Shown in pieces: positions 1-13,522 of a stretch of 64,000 bases of DNA. A program made the position numbers and the translations under genes. Source of the stretch: Bacilli bacterium (GTDB taxonomy: Bacteria > Bacillota_I > Bacilli_A > RFN20 > UBA1709); NCBI GenBank assembly GCA_050949315.1, contig JBMNFL010000001.1:96001-160000 (forward strand), given 5' to 3'. The notes beneath the pieces were generated by a model. The model did not search any database. It had not been told where the DNA came from and saw only the letters and a list, made by a program, of their open reading frames with translations. Positions within the stretch are counted from its first letter, which is position 1, and every line of letters begins with the position of its first letter.

Positions 1-2
1 AT

Positions 3-560
3 GTGGAGCATAAAACCTTCGCAATTCCCAATAAGGTGAGTTTTCAAGATTTAGAAACCTGTGTCAACATTATTAACGATCGGGTGGTTGGCACCCCAAT
101 TAATAAAATTTTAGATAAGGTTGAGGCTTTAAAACCCTTGTTGGCCGAAAAAGTCAACAACTTTGAATTGGTTTTCAAGTCCTTTTTAGAAGCTTTCTTA
201 AAATTCACTTATGATAGGATTTCCATTTATGGCACCTCAAATATTCTCAATCAACCAGAGTTTACTAACGACATTGAAAAATTGAAAAAGTTTGTGCGTT
301 TGATTGAAAATGATGAGACTTGGGCCAAGTTGGATACGGCTGAAGGTGTCTGTGTTCAAATCGGTTCTGAGAATTCTCTAACTGAACTAGATGATCTAAG
401 TGTTATAAGTGCCGAGATTAAAGTCGATGATAGTCAGAAAGGGCGGGTGGTTTTACTAGGACCAACGCGCATGGATTATCAAAAAGTTTTAACTGCTGTT
501 GAATATTTACAGCAGCAATTAAATGAATTCTTTAGAACAAAAAAAGATAAGGAGGATTAG
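3..560 (+). CDS. hrcA: Heat-inducible transcription repressor HrcA, C-terminal part (5' end outside window)
   Basis: C-terminal motif LLGPTRMDY and G.SNILNQPEF; directly upstream of grpE-dnaK-dnaJ. Confidence 0.93.
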   Translation: MEHKTFAIPNKVSFQDLETCVNIINDRVVGTPINKILDKVEALKPLLAEKVNNFELVFKSFLEAFLKFTYDRISIYGTSNILNQPEFTNDIEKLKKFVRLIENDETWAKLDTAEGVCVQIGSENSLTELDDLSVISAEIKVDDSQKGRVVLLGPTRMDYQKVLTAVEYLQQQLNEFFRTKKDKED

Positions 561-562
561 CT

Positions 563-3002
<2,440 letters not shown>

Positions 3003-3055
3003 GAGAGAACAGGAGCTAGACTCCTGCTTCGCTCTTTCTAAGAAAGGCGGTTAAT

Positions 3056-4213
3056 ATGGCTAGCAAAAGAGATTATTATGAAGTGCTTGGCGTTAGCAAA
3101 TCCGCCACGGCTGATGAAATAAAAAAAGCCTATCGAAGTCTGGCTAAAAAATATCATCCTGATGTCAATAAGGCGGCGAATGCTGAAGAAAAATTCAAAG
3201 AAGTCCAAGAAGCCTACGATATCTTGTCTGATGATAAGAAAAAGAGCATGTATGACCAATTCGGCTTTGCCGGTGTGGATCCCAATGCCGCGGGTCCTGG
3301 TGGAGCTGGGGGCTTTGGAGGCTTTAGCGGTTTCGGTGGCTTTGGCGGTTTTGGTGATGAAGGTGGCATTGATTTAGGCGATATCTTTAATTCCATGTTC
3401 GGCACTGGTCGTCGCAGTAGCACGCGTGATACCACAGGTCCCCGCAAAGGTAACGATAAATTTGTTAAATTGCGGATTGATTTCATGGATGCCGTCTTTG
3501 GTAAAAAAGCGGATATAACTCTAAATGTAGATGTTGAATGCGAGCATTGTCATGGTAGTGGTGCGAATAGTCCTAGCGATATTCAGACCTGCTCTCGTTG
3601 TCATGGAAGTGGGAAGATAAGAACGGTCCAAAACACCATTTTTGGTCAAATGGAAAGTCAAACTATTTGTCCTGACTGTCATGGTTCAGGGAAAACCATT
3701 AAGAAAAAGTGCTCTAGTTGTGGAGGTAGTGGTTACAAAAGCCAACGCACAACGGTGGAATTAAAAATCCCAGCTGGCATTGCCTCACATCAGCAGTTGC
3801 GTGTGGCAGGTAAGGGTGATCGCGGTTATAATGGCGGACCCAATGGTGACCTCTATGTGGAAATTTTAGTAAATGATCATAAAGATTTCCGCCGTGAGGG
3901 TAGTGATATTCATATCACGGTTCCCATTGGCTTTGCCGATGCGGCCTTAGGCTGTACTTTAGATGTTCCAACAGTTTATGGTGATGTGGAATTAAAAATT
4001 CCGGAAGGAATCCAAGATGATCAAATCCTAAGGATACGCGGGAAGGGTCTTAAAGAGTTGCGTGGTTCAGGGACAGGTGATCAATATGTGCATGTCAAGG
4101 TTCAAACACCTACACGATTGTCTAAGGATCAAAAAGCCCTGTATGAAAAACTGCGAGAGCTAGAGCGGGGCAACAGCACCTTTAATAAATTTAAGAATAC
4201 TTTCAAAAAGTAG
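3056..4213 (+). CDS. dnaJ: Chaperone DnaJ
   Basis: J domain with HPD, G/F-rich linker, four CxxCxGxG repeats. Confidence 0.99.
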   Translation: MASKRDYYEVLGVSKSATADEIKKAYRSLAKKYHPDVNKAANAEEKFKEVQEAYDILSDDKKKSMYDQFGFAGVDPNAAGPGGAGGFGGFSGFGGFGGFGDEGGIDLGDIFNSMFGTGRRSSTRDTTGPRKGNDKFVKLRIDFMDAVFGKKADITLNVDVECEHCHGSGANSPSDIQTCSRCHGSGKIRTVQNTIFGQMESQTICPDCHGSGKTIKKKCSSCGGSGYKSQRTTVELKIPAGIASHQQLRVAGKGDRGYNGGPNGDLYVEILVNDHKDFRREGSDIHITVPIGFADAALGCTLDVPTVYGDVELKIPEGIQDDQILRIRGKGLKELRGSGTGDQYVHVKVQTPTRLSKDQKALYEKLRELERGNSTFNKFKNTFKK

Positions 4214-4259
4214 AAACAAAAGTGTTAGCAAATAACACTTTTAAATAACAGATTTTTAG

Positions 4260-4286
4260 TTGTCACTCCACACAGTGGAGTGCTAA
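4260..4286 (+). promoter_or_regulatory. CIRCE element (HrcA operator) upstream of clpB
   Basis: TTGTCACTC-N9-GAGTGCTAA versus consensus TTAGCACTC-N9-GAGTGCTAA; right arm perfect, abuts the clpB RBS. Confidence 0.88.
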
Positions 4287-4301
4287 AAAGGAGGGTAAAT
4301 T

Positions 4302-6851
4302 ATGAATGCTAATGAATATACGGAAAGATTGCAACAGGCCTTAGTTAAAGCTTATCAATTAGCCGGTGAGAAAAAACATCCGCAAGTTGATGTTGTTCAT
4401 CTATTGTCAGCCCTTTTGTCTGATGGCGATGGCTTATTAGTTCGCGTTTTAGAAAAACTAAAAGTTGATTTTAATAAGGCTCAAGATCTAGTCAGTAAAA
4501 ACTTGCAAACTTTGCCTCAGGTCAGTGGGCACAATGAGATTACAGTCAGCAAAGATTTAAATCAGCTCTTAATTAGAGCCGATGCCTTAAGAGCGGAGTG
4601 GAAAGATGACTATATCAGTGTTGAACACGCTATTTTAGCTTTAACGGATAGCAAAAATTCTTTCGCTCGCCAATTTTTAACGAGTTTAGATTTAAAAAGC
4701 AATGATTTAGAAAAAGCAATTCAAGAGATTCGTGGAGGTCAATCGGTGCGTTCTCAAACTCCTGAAAACAATTACGAGGTTTTAACTAAATATGGTCGTG
4801 ATTTGGTTGATGATGTGCGGGCTGGCAAGATTGATCCCATTATTGGTCGTGATGAAGAAATCCGGCGCGTGATTCAAATCTTAAGTCGCAAAACTAAGAA
4901 CAACCCCATTTTAATTGGGGAAGCTGGCGTGGGAAAGACCGCTATTGTCGAAGGTCTTGCCTGGCGTATTTTTAAAGGAGATGTGCCCTTTTCTTTAAAG
5001 GACAAGACGATTTTTGAGTTGGATTTAGGCGCTTTGGTAGCAGGAGCTAAGTACCGTGGTGAATTTGAAGAGCGTTTGAAGGCGGTCTTAAATGAAGTTA
5101 AGAAATCGGCCGGTCATATTATTATGTTCATCGATGAAATCCATCAATTAGTTGGGGCTGGTAGGACCGAAGGCGCTATGGATGCTTCAAACTTACTAAA
5201 GCCTATGCTAGCTCGTGGTGAACTACACTGTGTCGGGGCGACAACCCTTGACGAACACCGTAAATATATTGAATCCGACCCTGCTTTGGAACGGCGTATG
5301 CAGAAGGTTTTGGTTTCTGAACCCAGCGTTGAGGACACGATTTCTATTCTCCGCGGTTTAAAGGAGCGTTATGAAATCCATCACGGTGTTCGTATTAATG
5401 ACCAAGCTTTAGTCAGCGCTGCCGTCTTATCTAATCGCTATATCAATGATCGTTTCTTACCAGATAAGGCCATTGACTTAGTGGATGAGGCCTGTGCTGC
5501 CGTACGGATGGCCATTGATTCAATGCCTGTTGAACTGGACGAAATCATTCGGAAAATCATGCAGTTAGATATTGAAATCGCCGCTCTTAAAAAAGAAAGT
5601 GATAAACGTTCACTGAAGCGTTTAGAAGCTATTAAAAAAGAAAAAGCTGATTTAGAAGAAAAGAAAAATGTTTTATCGGCCAAGTGGCAAAAGGAAAAAA
5701 GTGAGCTCCAAAAAGCTAAGGCTTGGAAGAGTGAATTAGATAAGGCTAGAATGGATTTAGAAAAAGCCCAGAATGATGCCGACTATGAAAAGGCAGCGCG
5801 GCTGCAGTATCAACTGATTCCTTCACTTGAGAAGCAAATCAAGGAATATAATGAAACAGTAGGCCAAGATCGCTTGCTCAATGAGGTGGTTACGGAGGAT
5901 GAAATTAGAAAAGTTGTGGCTAAATGGACGCACATTCCAGTCAGTAAAATGCAACAGTCAGAAGCCGATAAATTGCTAAATCTAGCCTCTAAGATTAAAG
6001 AGCGGGTTATTGGTCAAGATCGAGCAGTTGATGATGTCTGTGATGCTATTTTACGTTCAAGAGCCGGCATAAATGATGCCACTCGTCCGATTGGCTCCTT
6101 CATCTTTTTGGGGCCAACTGGCGTTGGTAAGACCGAGGTGGCCAGAGCTTTAGCCGCCGAACTCTTTGATAATGAACACAATATGGTGCGCATTGATATG
6201 TCAGAGTACATGGAAAAATTCAGTGTCTCGCGTTTAATTGGGGCTCCACCAGGTTATGTTGGTTATGATGAAGGTGGTCAACTAAGCGAAGCTGTCCGCC
6301 GTAATCCTTATTCCATCGTCCTGCTTGATGAGATTGAAAAGGCTCACCCTGATGTCTTTAATATCTTACTTCAGGTTTTAGATGATGGGAGAATTACGGA
6401 TAATAAAGGCAATGTCGTAGATTTTAAAAACACCATTATTATCATGACTTCAAATATTGGCTCTCAATATCTTTTGGATGCCGGTTTTGAAGAAGGCAGT
6501 AAAAAGGTTATGGCCGAATTAAAAGCCCATTTTAAGCCCGAGTTTCTCAATCGTGTTGATGAGATAATTGTCTTTAATCCTTTAGAAGGGGCGGTTGTTC
6601 TCAAGGTTATTGATAAATTCTTAAAAGAATTAGAACATCGTTTAGAAAACTTGAATGTTAAATTAACGGTAACTAAGGAAGCTAAGGAAGCGATTAGAAC
6701 ACTAGGTTATGATAAGCACTATGGTGCTAGACCATTAAGACGGCTGATTCAAAAGAATATCGAAACCTTAATTGCTAAGGCCTTATTAAAAGGAGAATTA
6801 GCTTCCCAGATTACGGTCGATTATCAAAACGGTTTTCTTATTAAGGAGTAG
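4302..6851 (+). CDS. clpB: ATP-dependent chaperone ClpB
   Basis: Two AAA+ domains ([16 protein letters not shown]), long coiled-coil middle domain, [10 protein letters not shown]. Confidence 0.96.
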   Translation: MNANEYTERLQQALVKAYQLAGEKKHPQVDVVHLLSALLSDGDGLLVRVLEKLKVDFNKAQDLVSKNLQTLPQVSGHNEITVSKDLNQLLIRADALRAEWKDDYISVEHAILALTDSKNSFARQFLTSLDLKSNDLEKAIQEIRGGQSVRSQTPENNYEVLTKYGRDLVDDVRAGKIDPIIGRDEEIRRVIQILSRKTKNNPILIGEAGVGKTAIVEGLAWRIFKGDVPFSLKDKTIFELDLGALVAGAKYRGEFEERLKAVLNEVKKSAGHIIMFIDEIHQLVGAGRTEGAMDASNLLKPMLARGELHCVGATTLDEHRKYIESDPALERRMQKVLVSEPSVEDTISILRGLKERYEIHHGVRINDQALVSAAVLSNRYINDRFLPDKAIDLVDEACAAVRMAIDSMPVELDEIIRKIMQLDIEIAALKKESDKRSLKRLEAIKKEKADLEEKKNVLSAKWQKEKSELQKAKAWKSELDKARMDLEKAQNDADYEKAARLQYQLIPSLEKQIKEYNETVGQDRLLNEVVTEDEIRKVVAKWTHIPVSKMQQSEADKLLNLASKIKERVIGQDRAVDDVCDAILRSRAGINDATRPIGSFIFLGPTGVGKTEVARALAAELFDNEHNMVRIDMSEYMEKFSVSRLIGAPPGYVGYDEGGQLSEAVRRNPYSIVLLDEIEKAHPDVFNILLQVLDDGRITDNKGNVVDFKNTIIIMTSNIGSQYLLDAGFEEGSKKVMAELKAHFKPEFLNRVDEIIVFNPLEGAVVLKVIDKFLKELEHRLENLNVKLTVTKEAKEAIRTLGYDKHYGARPLRRLIQKNIETLIAKALLKGELASQITVDYQNGFLIKE

Positions 6852-6869
6852 AAATAAAGAGTATAAAAG

Positions 6870-6911
6870 AGAAGTGGTAGTAAGAAGCTGCCACTTCTTT
6901 ACTTTTTTTTT
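6870..6911 (+). terminator. Rho-independent terminator after clpB
   Basis: AGAAGTGGTAG-loop-CTGCCACTTCT hairpin followed by a T run. Confidence 0.8.
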
Positions 6912-6977
6912 ACATTAAAAAGATGGAAGTTAAATCAGTTAATAAGGTATAATCAAAAAGAAAGAAAGAGAGGCAAT

Positions 6978-7892
6978 ATGGAAAGTATTATTGAAATCAA
7001 AAATTTAAACAAGGCTTTTGGTTCGATAAAAGCGGTTCAAGATCTTAGTTTCAAAGTTAAAAAAGGTGATTTGTTTGCTTTTTTAGGCGTCAATGGTGCG
7101 GGTAAATCTACGACCATTAACATCATGTGTGGTCAACTAGCCAAGGATAGTGGCCAGGTTGTAATTGATAACTATGATTTAGATAAACAAGTTTTAGAAA
7201 TCAAACAGCGAATTGGTGTGGTTTTTCAAACTTCCGTTTTAGATCAGGGCCTAAATGTTTATGACAATTTACGTAGTCGAGCCGCTCTATATGGCATAAG
7301 TGGCCCGGCTTTTAAGACAAGATTAGCTGAATTAAGTAAACTTTTAGATTTGGATTCCCTTTTGAAAAGGGAAGTTTCTAAGCTTTCAGGTGGACAAAGA
7401 CGTCGGGTTGATATTGCGCGCGCTTTGCTCCATAAACCTAAAATCTTAATTTTAGATGAACCGACTACCGGTTTAGATCCCAAGACCCGGCGAATTATTT
7501 GGCGAGTTATCAATGATTCGCGTAGCAAAAGGGGCACTACTGTTTTTTTAACCACCCACTATATGGAAGAAGCTAGCGAAGCTGATTATATTGTAATTAT
7601 TGATAATGGTAAAACGGCAGCTGAAGGACGACCCATCGATTTAAAGAACCGTTATACTGGCGATTTTATAACTCTCTATGATACCGAGGAAGCCTTGGTA
7701 AACAAATTGGGTCTTGAATATCAAACTTTGCGTGATTCTTACCGCATTGAAGTAAAAGATACGACTCAGGCAACAGAACTTATTCTTAAGCATCCCGAGA
7801 TTTTTAAAGATTATGAGATTATAAAAGGTAAGATGGATGATGTCTTCTTAACGGTTACTGGGAAGAAATTGCCGGAGGGTAATGACAAATGA
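6978..7892 (+). CDS. ABC-2 type exporter ATP-binding protein
   Basis: Walker A GVNGAGKST, signature LSGGQ, Walker B LILDEPT. Confidence 0.95.
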   Translation: MESIIEIKNLNKAFGSIKAVQDLSFKVKKGDLFAFLGVNGAGKSTTINIMCGQLAKDSGQVVIDNYDLDKQVLEIKQRIGVVFQTSVLDQGLNVYDNLRSRAALYGISGPAFKTRLAELSKLLDLDSLLKREVSKLSGGQRRRVDIARALLHKPKILILDEPTTGLDPKTRRIIWRVINDSRSKRGTTVFLTTHYMEEASEADYIVIIDNGKTAAEGRPIDLKNRYTGDFITLYDTEEALVNKLGLEYQTLRDSYRIEVKDTTQATELILKHPEIFKDYEIIKGKMDDVFLTVTGKKLPEGNDK

Positions 7893-8779
7893 AAATCATA
7901 TTAGCTCTTGTTCGTCGAAATACGAAAGTTTTCTTTAAAGATAAGGTAATGTTTTTTAGTTCCCTTATCACCCCTATTATTTTATTAGTTCTCTATGGCA
8001 CTTTTTTAGCCAGTCTCTATCGTATGAGTGTTGAGGCTGCTTTTCCTCCTGGTTTTGGTTTACCTGATAGTATTTTAGATGGTTTTGTCGGTGGGCAATT
8101 AGTCTCTTCAATTTTAGCTGTCTCCTGTGTAACTGTGGCTTTTAGTTCGAATTTTTTGATGGTTCAAGACAAGGTAGTGGGGAGTATCCATGATTTAAAA
8201 ATAGCCCCTATCAAGAATTCACAGTTAGCCTTAAGTTATTATTTATCTTCTTTATTAGCGACAATGATTGTTTGTTTAAGTGCCATGGCAATTTTCTTAG
8301 TTTATTTAGCAATTGTCGGTTGGTATTTAAGTTTTGTTGATGTATTATTGTTGATTTTTGATGTATTTATCTTAGTGTTTTTTGGAACAGCACTTTCTTC
8401 AATTATCAACACCTTCCTATCAACGCAGGGGCAAATTTCAGCAGTTGCCACCATCATCAGTGCTGGTTATGGCTTCATTTGTGGCGCTTATATGCCTATT
8501 TCTACTTTTGGCAGTGGCTTACAAAAAGTTCTTATGTTCTTACCCGGCACCTATGGCACTTCTTTATTACGCTTCCATGCTTTAAGAGGGGTCTTTAAAC
8601 AGATGGCTTTAGAACAGGCTCCAGCTGAGGCAATCATAGGACTGCAAAATGGTGTTGATTATAATGTCTACTTTTTTGATCAACAAGTTTCAGTTCATGC
8701 GATGTATTTAATTTTAATTGGCAGTATTGTACTTTTCTTAGCTATCTATATTTTGATTAATAAACTTAGGAAACGTTAA
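7889..8779 (+). CDS. ABC-2 type exporter permease
   Basis: About 6 hydrophobic segments; ATGA overlap with the ATPase gene. Confidence 0.88.
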   Translation: MKIILALVRRNTKVFFKDKVMFFSSLITPIILLVLYGTFLASLYRMSVEAAFPPGFGLPDSILDGFVGGQLVSSILAVSCVTVAFSSNFLMVQDKVVGSIHDLKIAPIKNSQLALSYYLSSLLATMIVCLSAMAIFLVYLAIVGWYLSFVDVLLLIFDVFILVFFGTALSSIINTFLSTQGQISAVATIISAGYGFICGAYMPISTFGSGLQKVLMFLPGTYGTSLLRFHALRGVFKQMALEQAPAEAIIGLQNGVDYNVYFFDQQVSVHAMYLILIGSIVLFLAIYILINKLRKR

Positions 8780-8809
8780 TTGTTTCTTTATCCATTAAGT
8801 ATAGAGTTT

Positions 8810-8842
8810 GAAGCCTTCATTTAAATAGTTGAAGGCTTTTTT
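8810..8842 (+). terminator. Rho-independent terminator after ABC permease
   Basis: AAGCCTTCA-loop-TGAAGGCTT plus T run. Confidence 0.8.
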
Positions 8843-8927
8843 AAATTAAACTTATTGTAAAGCACTTCTTTCGTTGAAATAAGGCTTCAAAAAATGTTAA
8901 AATAACATATGGAAATTGAGGGATTTT

Positions 8928-10037
8928 ATGACAAAAGTGATGCTTGGTTTAAGCGGAGGCGTTGATAGCGCTGTCGCGGCTTATCTTTTAAAAAAGCAGG
9001 GCTATGAAGTAGTAGCAGCTTTTATGCGGAATTGGGATTCTTTAGTCAACAATGATATTTTAGGGAACCCTAATTTTGGTGGTATCTGTCCGCAGGAGCA
9101 GGATTATAATGATGCGAAAAGAGTAGCTGAGCAATTAGGCATTTCTTTATTGAGAGCCGATTTTGTTGAGGAGTATTGGCAACAGGTCTTTCAGTATTTT
9201 ATTGAAGAATATCGTGAAGGTCGTACACCTAATCCCGATGTTTTCTGTAATAAATATATTAAATTTGATGCTTTTTTAAACTTTGCTAAAGAGCAAGGAG
9301 CCGAGTTAATTGCTACTGGACATTATGCAAAAAGAGTAGGAAATAAACTGTATAAGGCCTTAGATAAGAATAAGGATCAAACATATTTTTTAGCACTTTT
9401 AAGTGAAGAACAAATCAAGTCTTGCCTCTTTCCTTTGGGTGATATTGAGAAGAGTGAGGTTCGCAAAATCGCTAAGGAGTTAGGTTTAGAAGTGGCTAGT
9501 AAGAAAGATTCAACTGGTGTTTGTTTTATTGGAGAACGCAATTTTCGCGAGTTTTTAAAGAACTATATTCCAGCTAAACCAGGGGCGATTATTGAAAAGG
9601 AAACTGGTTTAAAACTTGGCGAACATCAGGGTGTTATGTATTATACCATCGGCCAAAGGAGAGGTTTAGGAATCGGGGGTATTTCTAAGCATAAAGCCGG
9701 CAGTTATTATGTCTGTGATAAGGATTTAGAGCGCGCGATATTATATGTAACCCAAGGTGAAGAAAGTAAATATTTATATCATGATAGACTTGTAGTAAAG
9801 GAAGTAAATTGGCTTGGGCCTAAGCCTGCTTCTAGTTTTAAATGTCAGGCGAAGTTTCGCTATCGACAAAAGGATCAAGCGGTAGAAATAAGTTTTTTAG
9901 ATAAGAGTACAGTAGAAGTAAAATGTATGGAAAAAGTCCGTGCAATTACGCTTGGTCAAATCTGCGTTTTCTATGATGGAGAGCTTCTGCTTGGTGGCGG
10001 GATCATCGCCAAGGTTTGGCAAAATGACGAGTATTAA
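8928..10037 (+). CDS. mnmA: tRNA 2-thiouridine(34) synthase MnmA
   Basis: SGGVDS, TPNPDVFCN, ATGHYA, KDQTYFL, DSTGVCFIGER. Confidence 0.97.
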   Translation: MTKVMLGLSGGVDSAVAAYLLKKQGYEVVAAFMRNWDSLVNNDILGNPNFGGICPQEQDYNDAKRVAEQLGISLLRADFVEEYWQQVFQYFIEEYREGRTPNPDVFCNKYIKFDAFLNFAKEQGAELIATGHYAKRVGNKLYKALDKNKDQTYFLALLSEEQIKSCLFPLGDIEKSEVRKIAKELGLEVASKKDSTGVCFIGERNFREFLKNYIPAKPGAIIEKETGLKLGEHQGVMYYTIGQRRGLGIGGISKHKAGSYYVCDKDLERAILYVTQGEESKYLYHDRLVVKEVNWLGPKPASSFKCQAKFRYRQKDQAVEISFLDKSTVEVKCMEKVRAITLGQICVFYDGELLLGGGIIAKVWQNDEY

Positions 10038-12183
10038 AGCCTATGTGCAATCCGTGATTTTTTATAATGAGAGCAACAATTATGCGGTTGTGCGGGTTAA
10101 GTTAGATCAGAAGAAAGATGAGCGCATAGTCTGCGTTGGTTATTTTCCTATACCCAATAAAGAAGAGCTTTGTTTATTTACAGGTGAATATGTCGATCAT
10201 CCAAGTTTTGGGCGCCAGTTTAAGGTAGAAAGTTTAGAGAAAATTCTGCCCGATGGGGCTGAAGCGATTATTCGCTACTTATCGAGTTCGCTTTTTGCGG
10301 GTGTAGGAGTTAAAACCGCCGAGAAAGTTTATGCTGCTCTTGGTGATGATTGCTTGAACATTATTAAAGATAATCCTGAGCGTATTAAAGAAGTCAATAT
10401 TAAAGAAGAACTTCAATCTACTATTGTTAGAGGCATTGCTGCTAGCACCCGCCTTGATGAGGCGATTAAACTCTTTGTCGGTCACGGTATTCAGATGAAG
10501 TATTTAATCAAGATGGATGCCTTATATGGGAAGGATTTAATTCCCATTGTTTTAGAAAACCCTTATATTTTGATTAAGGATATTGATGGTCTAAATTTTA
10601 AAACTGTTGATCGAGTGGCAAAGAGTTTGGGGATTACAGAATGCGATAGTCGGCGACTTGATGCCTTGTTAATTTACATCAGTAAAAAGTTATGTTACCA
10701 AAGTCAAGACACCTATATTTCCCAAAATGATTTATACCGTTTTGCATCCCTAGAGGTTGGTCATTTGACCGAAGAGGATTTTCTTTCCTCTTTTCATCAT
10801 CTTTTATTAGAGGGTGAACTTATCGATGAAGAAGGACGTATTTATTATGCTGACCTTTATCAGGCTGAAAAAGGTATTGCTAAATACTTAAAGCCTTATA
10901 TCCTTAAGCGTGAAGGAAAACTTCCTGAAACCCTTATTGACCAAGAGATAAGCAGCATTGAACTACAAGAAAACATAGAATACTCTTGGGAGCAAAAAGA
11001 GACCATTAAAAAATGTTTGAATAATGGACTCAGTATCATAACTGGGGGACCAGGAACTGGTAAAACAACGGTGGTCAACGCCATCATTAAAGTTTATCAA
11101 GCCCTTTTTAAGGATGATGCTGTTGTTTTATGTGCACCGACAGGGCGAGCGGCGAAGCGGCTGAGCGAACTAAGCAATCAAGAGGCAACTACCATCCATC
11201 GCTTATTAAAGTGGGATTTAGACACGAATAAATTCGCCAAAAACTTTGATGATCCCTTGTTTGGCGGCCTTTTAATTATTGATGAATTTTCCATGGTTGA
11301 TTGTCAATTGTTCTATCACTTGTTAGACGCGACCTATCCTTTTAAAAAGATTTTATTGATCGGTGATGATAAACAATTACCACCGGTTTCCCCTGGCGAT
11401 GTCTTACGTGATTTATTGGAACTCCAGCGCATTCCAACCACCGAATTAGTGCAAATTCATCGTCAAAAAGAGGACTCGGGTATTATTCCCCTTTGTTATG
11501 ATATTCGCAAAGGTAGTTTAAATAAAGAAAACCTTAAAAAAAGTGATGTCCATTTCTATAGTTGTGAAAGTCGTAAAGTACGAGAAATGATTTTGACTTT
11601 GGTTAAAGAAGCGGTTAGTGAAGGCTTAAATCAGGCGGATATTCAAGTTTTAGCCCCAATGTATGCGGGGACAGGAGGGATTGATAGTTTAAACGACTTA
11701 CTGCGTGATTATTTTAATCCAGAATCTTCTGATAAAAAGGAAGTGGCTATTGGGCGCACGACCTATCGCATTGGTGACAAAATTTTGCAACTAAAAAACC
11801 AACCTGATGACAATGTTTATAATGGCGATATCGGTTGGTTAGAAGAGATTATTGAAGATGGCAGAACTTTAAAACTTTTGATAAATTTTGATGATAATTT
11901 AGTGCAGTATGTCAGTGGTGATTTTATGAACATCACTCATGCTTACTGTATTTCGGTTCATAAATCACAGGGTAGTGAGTATTCTTATGTCATTATGCCG
12001 ATTTTGCCAGAGCATAGAATTATGTTAAAAAGAAAACTCATTTATACTGGGGTCAGCAGAGCTAAAAAACGTTTAAGTTTAATTGGTGATTTACTAACTT
12101 TTGAACGCGGTCTTAAAAGAGTGGAACAAAATGTTCGAAAAACGAGTTTAAAAGAGCGAATGTTGGAATATTTAGAAGGATAA
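10024..12183 (+). CDS. recD2: ATP-dependent RecD-like helicase RecD2
   Basis: GGPGTGKT, APTGRAAKR, IIDEFSM, SVHKSQGSE; follows mnmA as in Firmicutes. Confidence 0.93.
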   Translation: MTSIKAYVQSVIFYNESNNYAVVRVKLDQKKDERIVCVGYFPIPNKEELCLFTGEYVDHPSFGRQFKVESLEKILPDGAEAIIRYLSSSLFAGVGVKTAEKVYAALGDDCLNIIKDNPERIKEVNIKEELQSTIVRGIAASTRLDEAIKLFVGHGIQMKYLIKMDALYGKDLIPIVLENPYILIKDIDGLNFKTVDRVAKSLGITECDSRRLDALLIYISKKLCYQSQDTYISQNDLYRFASLEVGHLTEEDFLSSFHHLLLEGELIDEEGRIYYADLYQAEKGIAKYLKPYILKREGKLPETLIDQEISSIELQENIEYSWEQKETIKKCLNNGLSIITGGPGTGKTTVVNAIIKVYQALFKDDAVVLCAPTGRAAKRLSELSNQEATTIHRLLKWDLDTNKFAKNFDDPLFGGLLIIDEFSMVDCQLFYHLLDATYPFKKILLIGDDKQLPPVSPGDVLRDLLELQRIPTTELVQIHRQKEDSGIIPLCYDIRKGSLNKENLKKSDVHFYSCESRKVREMILTLVKEAVSEGLNQADIQVLAPMYAGTGGIDSLNDLLRDYFNPESSDKKEVAIGRTTYRIGDKILQLKNQPDDNVYNGDIGWLEEIIEDGRTLKLLINFDDNLVQYVSGDFMNITHAYCISVHKSQGSEYSYVIMPILPEHRIMLKRKLIYTGVSRAKKRLSLIGDLLTFERGLKRVEQNVRKTSLKERMLEYLEG

Positions 12184-12187
12184 AATT

Positions 12188-12212
12188 AAAAACGAGCCTG
12201 TGGCTCGCTTTT
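12188..12212. terminator. Bidirectional terminator between recD2 and the YitT gene
   Basis: AAAAA-CGAGC-ctgtg-GCTCG-CTTTT between convergent genes. Confidence 0.7.
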
Positions 12213-13128
12213 ATTTATAACTAGGAACACGAAAACGCCCTTTTATAAATCGAATAGGAGAAACCATTGTAAAAGCTTGTTCATCAACTTGTTCGATTAG
12301 TTTAACTAGGTTGCGAACCTCATTTTCTAAAACAATGGTACGAAGTTCGTAACGCTTATTTCCGGTATAGGCCCCTTCACATTCATAGATGGTCACACCG
12401 TGATGGGAGGTGCTAAAAAGCATATTAGACATTTCCTCTTTTTTATTAGTAATTATAGAAATCATCATTTTATTGTTACGAATATAAAGGACATTGATCA
12501 TGACACTACTTACATACATAAAGACAATGGTATAGAGCATAGCTGTCCATTCTTGGAAGATAATGCCGCCGACAATTAAGATACAAGCGTTGATGATAAA
12601 ACTATAAATACCAACTTTACGACCTTTTTTAATACCGATTAGGGTGATGATAATATCCACTCCACCCCCAGAAGCCCCAGAATTTAGGGAAATACCGGTA
12701 CTAGTACCTCCTAAAACTCCACCAGCAAGGGCAATCAACAATAAGTCGTTTTGTGAATTTAGACCGACAAAACTGAAAAAGTCTTGGGGAATGATAGAGA
12801 TTAAAATTGAAGTTAAAGCGACAGTGATAATAGAGAATAGAGCATAGAAACGCCCGATTTTTTTATAGGCAATAATGGCTAGTGGTAAGTTTAAAACAAA
12901 ATAAAAAATAGAATACCAAAGCGCTTGATTGCCACCTGCTTGATGAATAACTTTGGCAATGATTAAGGCAACCCCTGAAACGCCACCAGCTAACAAATGA
13001 GAACCAGGTGCTTGAATGAAGCAGCGAATTGCAATAGCGTAAAGTACAGCCGCCGCTATCGAAGATAAAGACATCCGCAACCAGTCTTTTTTAGTTAAAT
13101 TTGGTCTAGCAACTTTACTCATTTTCAT
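12211..13128 (-). CDS. YitT family membrane protein (DUF161/DUF2179)
   Basis: GGVSGVA, ASGGGVDII, C-terminal HGVT...GAYTG...D.QAF domain. Confidence 0.9.
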   Translation of the reverse strand: MKMSKVARPNLTKKDWLRMSLSSIAAAVLYAIAIRCFIQAPGSHLLAGGVSGVALIIAKVIHQAGGNQALWYSIFYFVLNLPLAIIAYKKIGRFYALFSIITVALTSILISIIPQDFFSFVGLNSQNDLLLIALAGGVLGGTSTGISLNSGASGGGVDIIITLIGIKKGRKVGIYSFIINACILIVGGIIFQEWTAMLYTIVFMYVSSVMINVLYIRNNKMMISIITNKKEEMSNMLFSTSHHGVTIYECEGAYTGNKRYELRTIVLENEVRNLVKLIEQVDEQAFTMVSPIRFIKGRFRVPSYK

Positions 13129-13294
13129 TTAATTCCCTTCATTGTATAAATATGGTAGCCTACGCCCCCAAAAAAGTAAAGATGGAATCAATCTAAAAAC
13201 TTCAAAAAAGTTTAAAGAGGGCTTCAATTTTGGTAAGCATGATTTTTTTGGGTTTTTATTGCTATTTTCTTGACTATCTTTTATAATTTACACT

Positions 13295-13503
13295 GTAAAT
13301 CGTTGATTAAGCAAAGTACTTGAACTTTAGATAGAGACTTAGTGTTTGGTGAAAACTAAGAAAGTGAAAGTATCGGCCACTTAGGAGAGGGTCTAACCAA
13401 CCACGTCTAACCGCGTTAAGGTCAATCAAGGGCATAGGTTTTCCTATGAACTAGGATGGTACCGCGAGCAATCGTTCCTAGAACTGTTTTAGGAACTTTT
13501 TTC
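13295..13503 (+). promoter_or_regulatory. T-box riboswitch leader of alaS
   Basis: T-box AGGATGGTACCGCG (13453-13466), terminator GTTCCTAGAA..TTTTAGGAAC-T7, AGAGA and GGTGAA stem I motifs, candidate Ala specifier GCC at 13376-13378; promoter TTGCTA-17-TATAAT at 13259-13287. Confidence 0.9.
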
Positions 13504-13522
13504 ATAAGGAAGGATGATTTTT

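Noticed and set aside
3286-3360. GGFGGF-type repeats in dnaJ
   Set aside because: Normal G/F-rich linker of class A J-proteins
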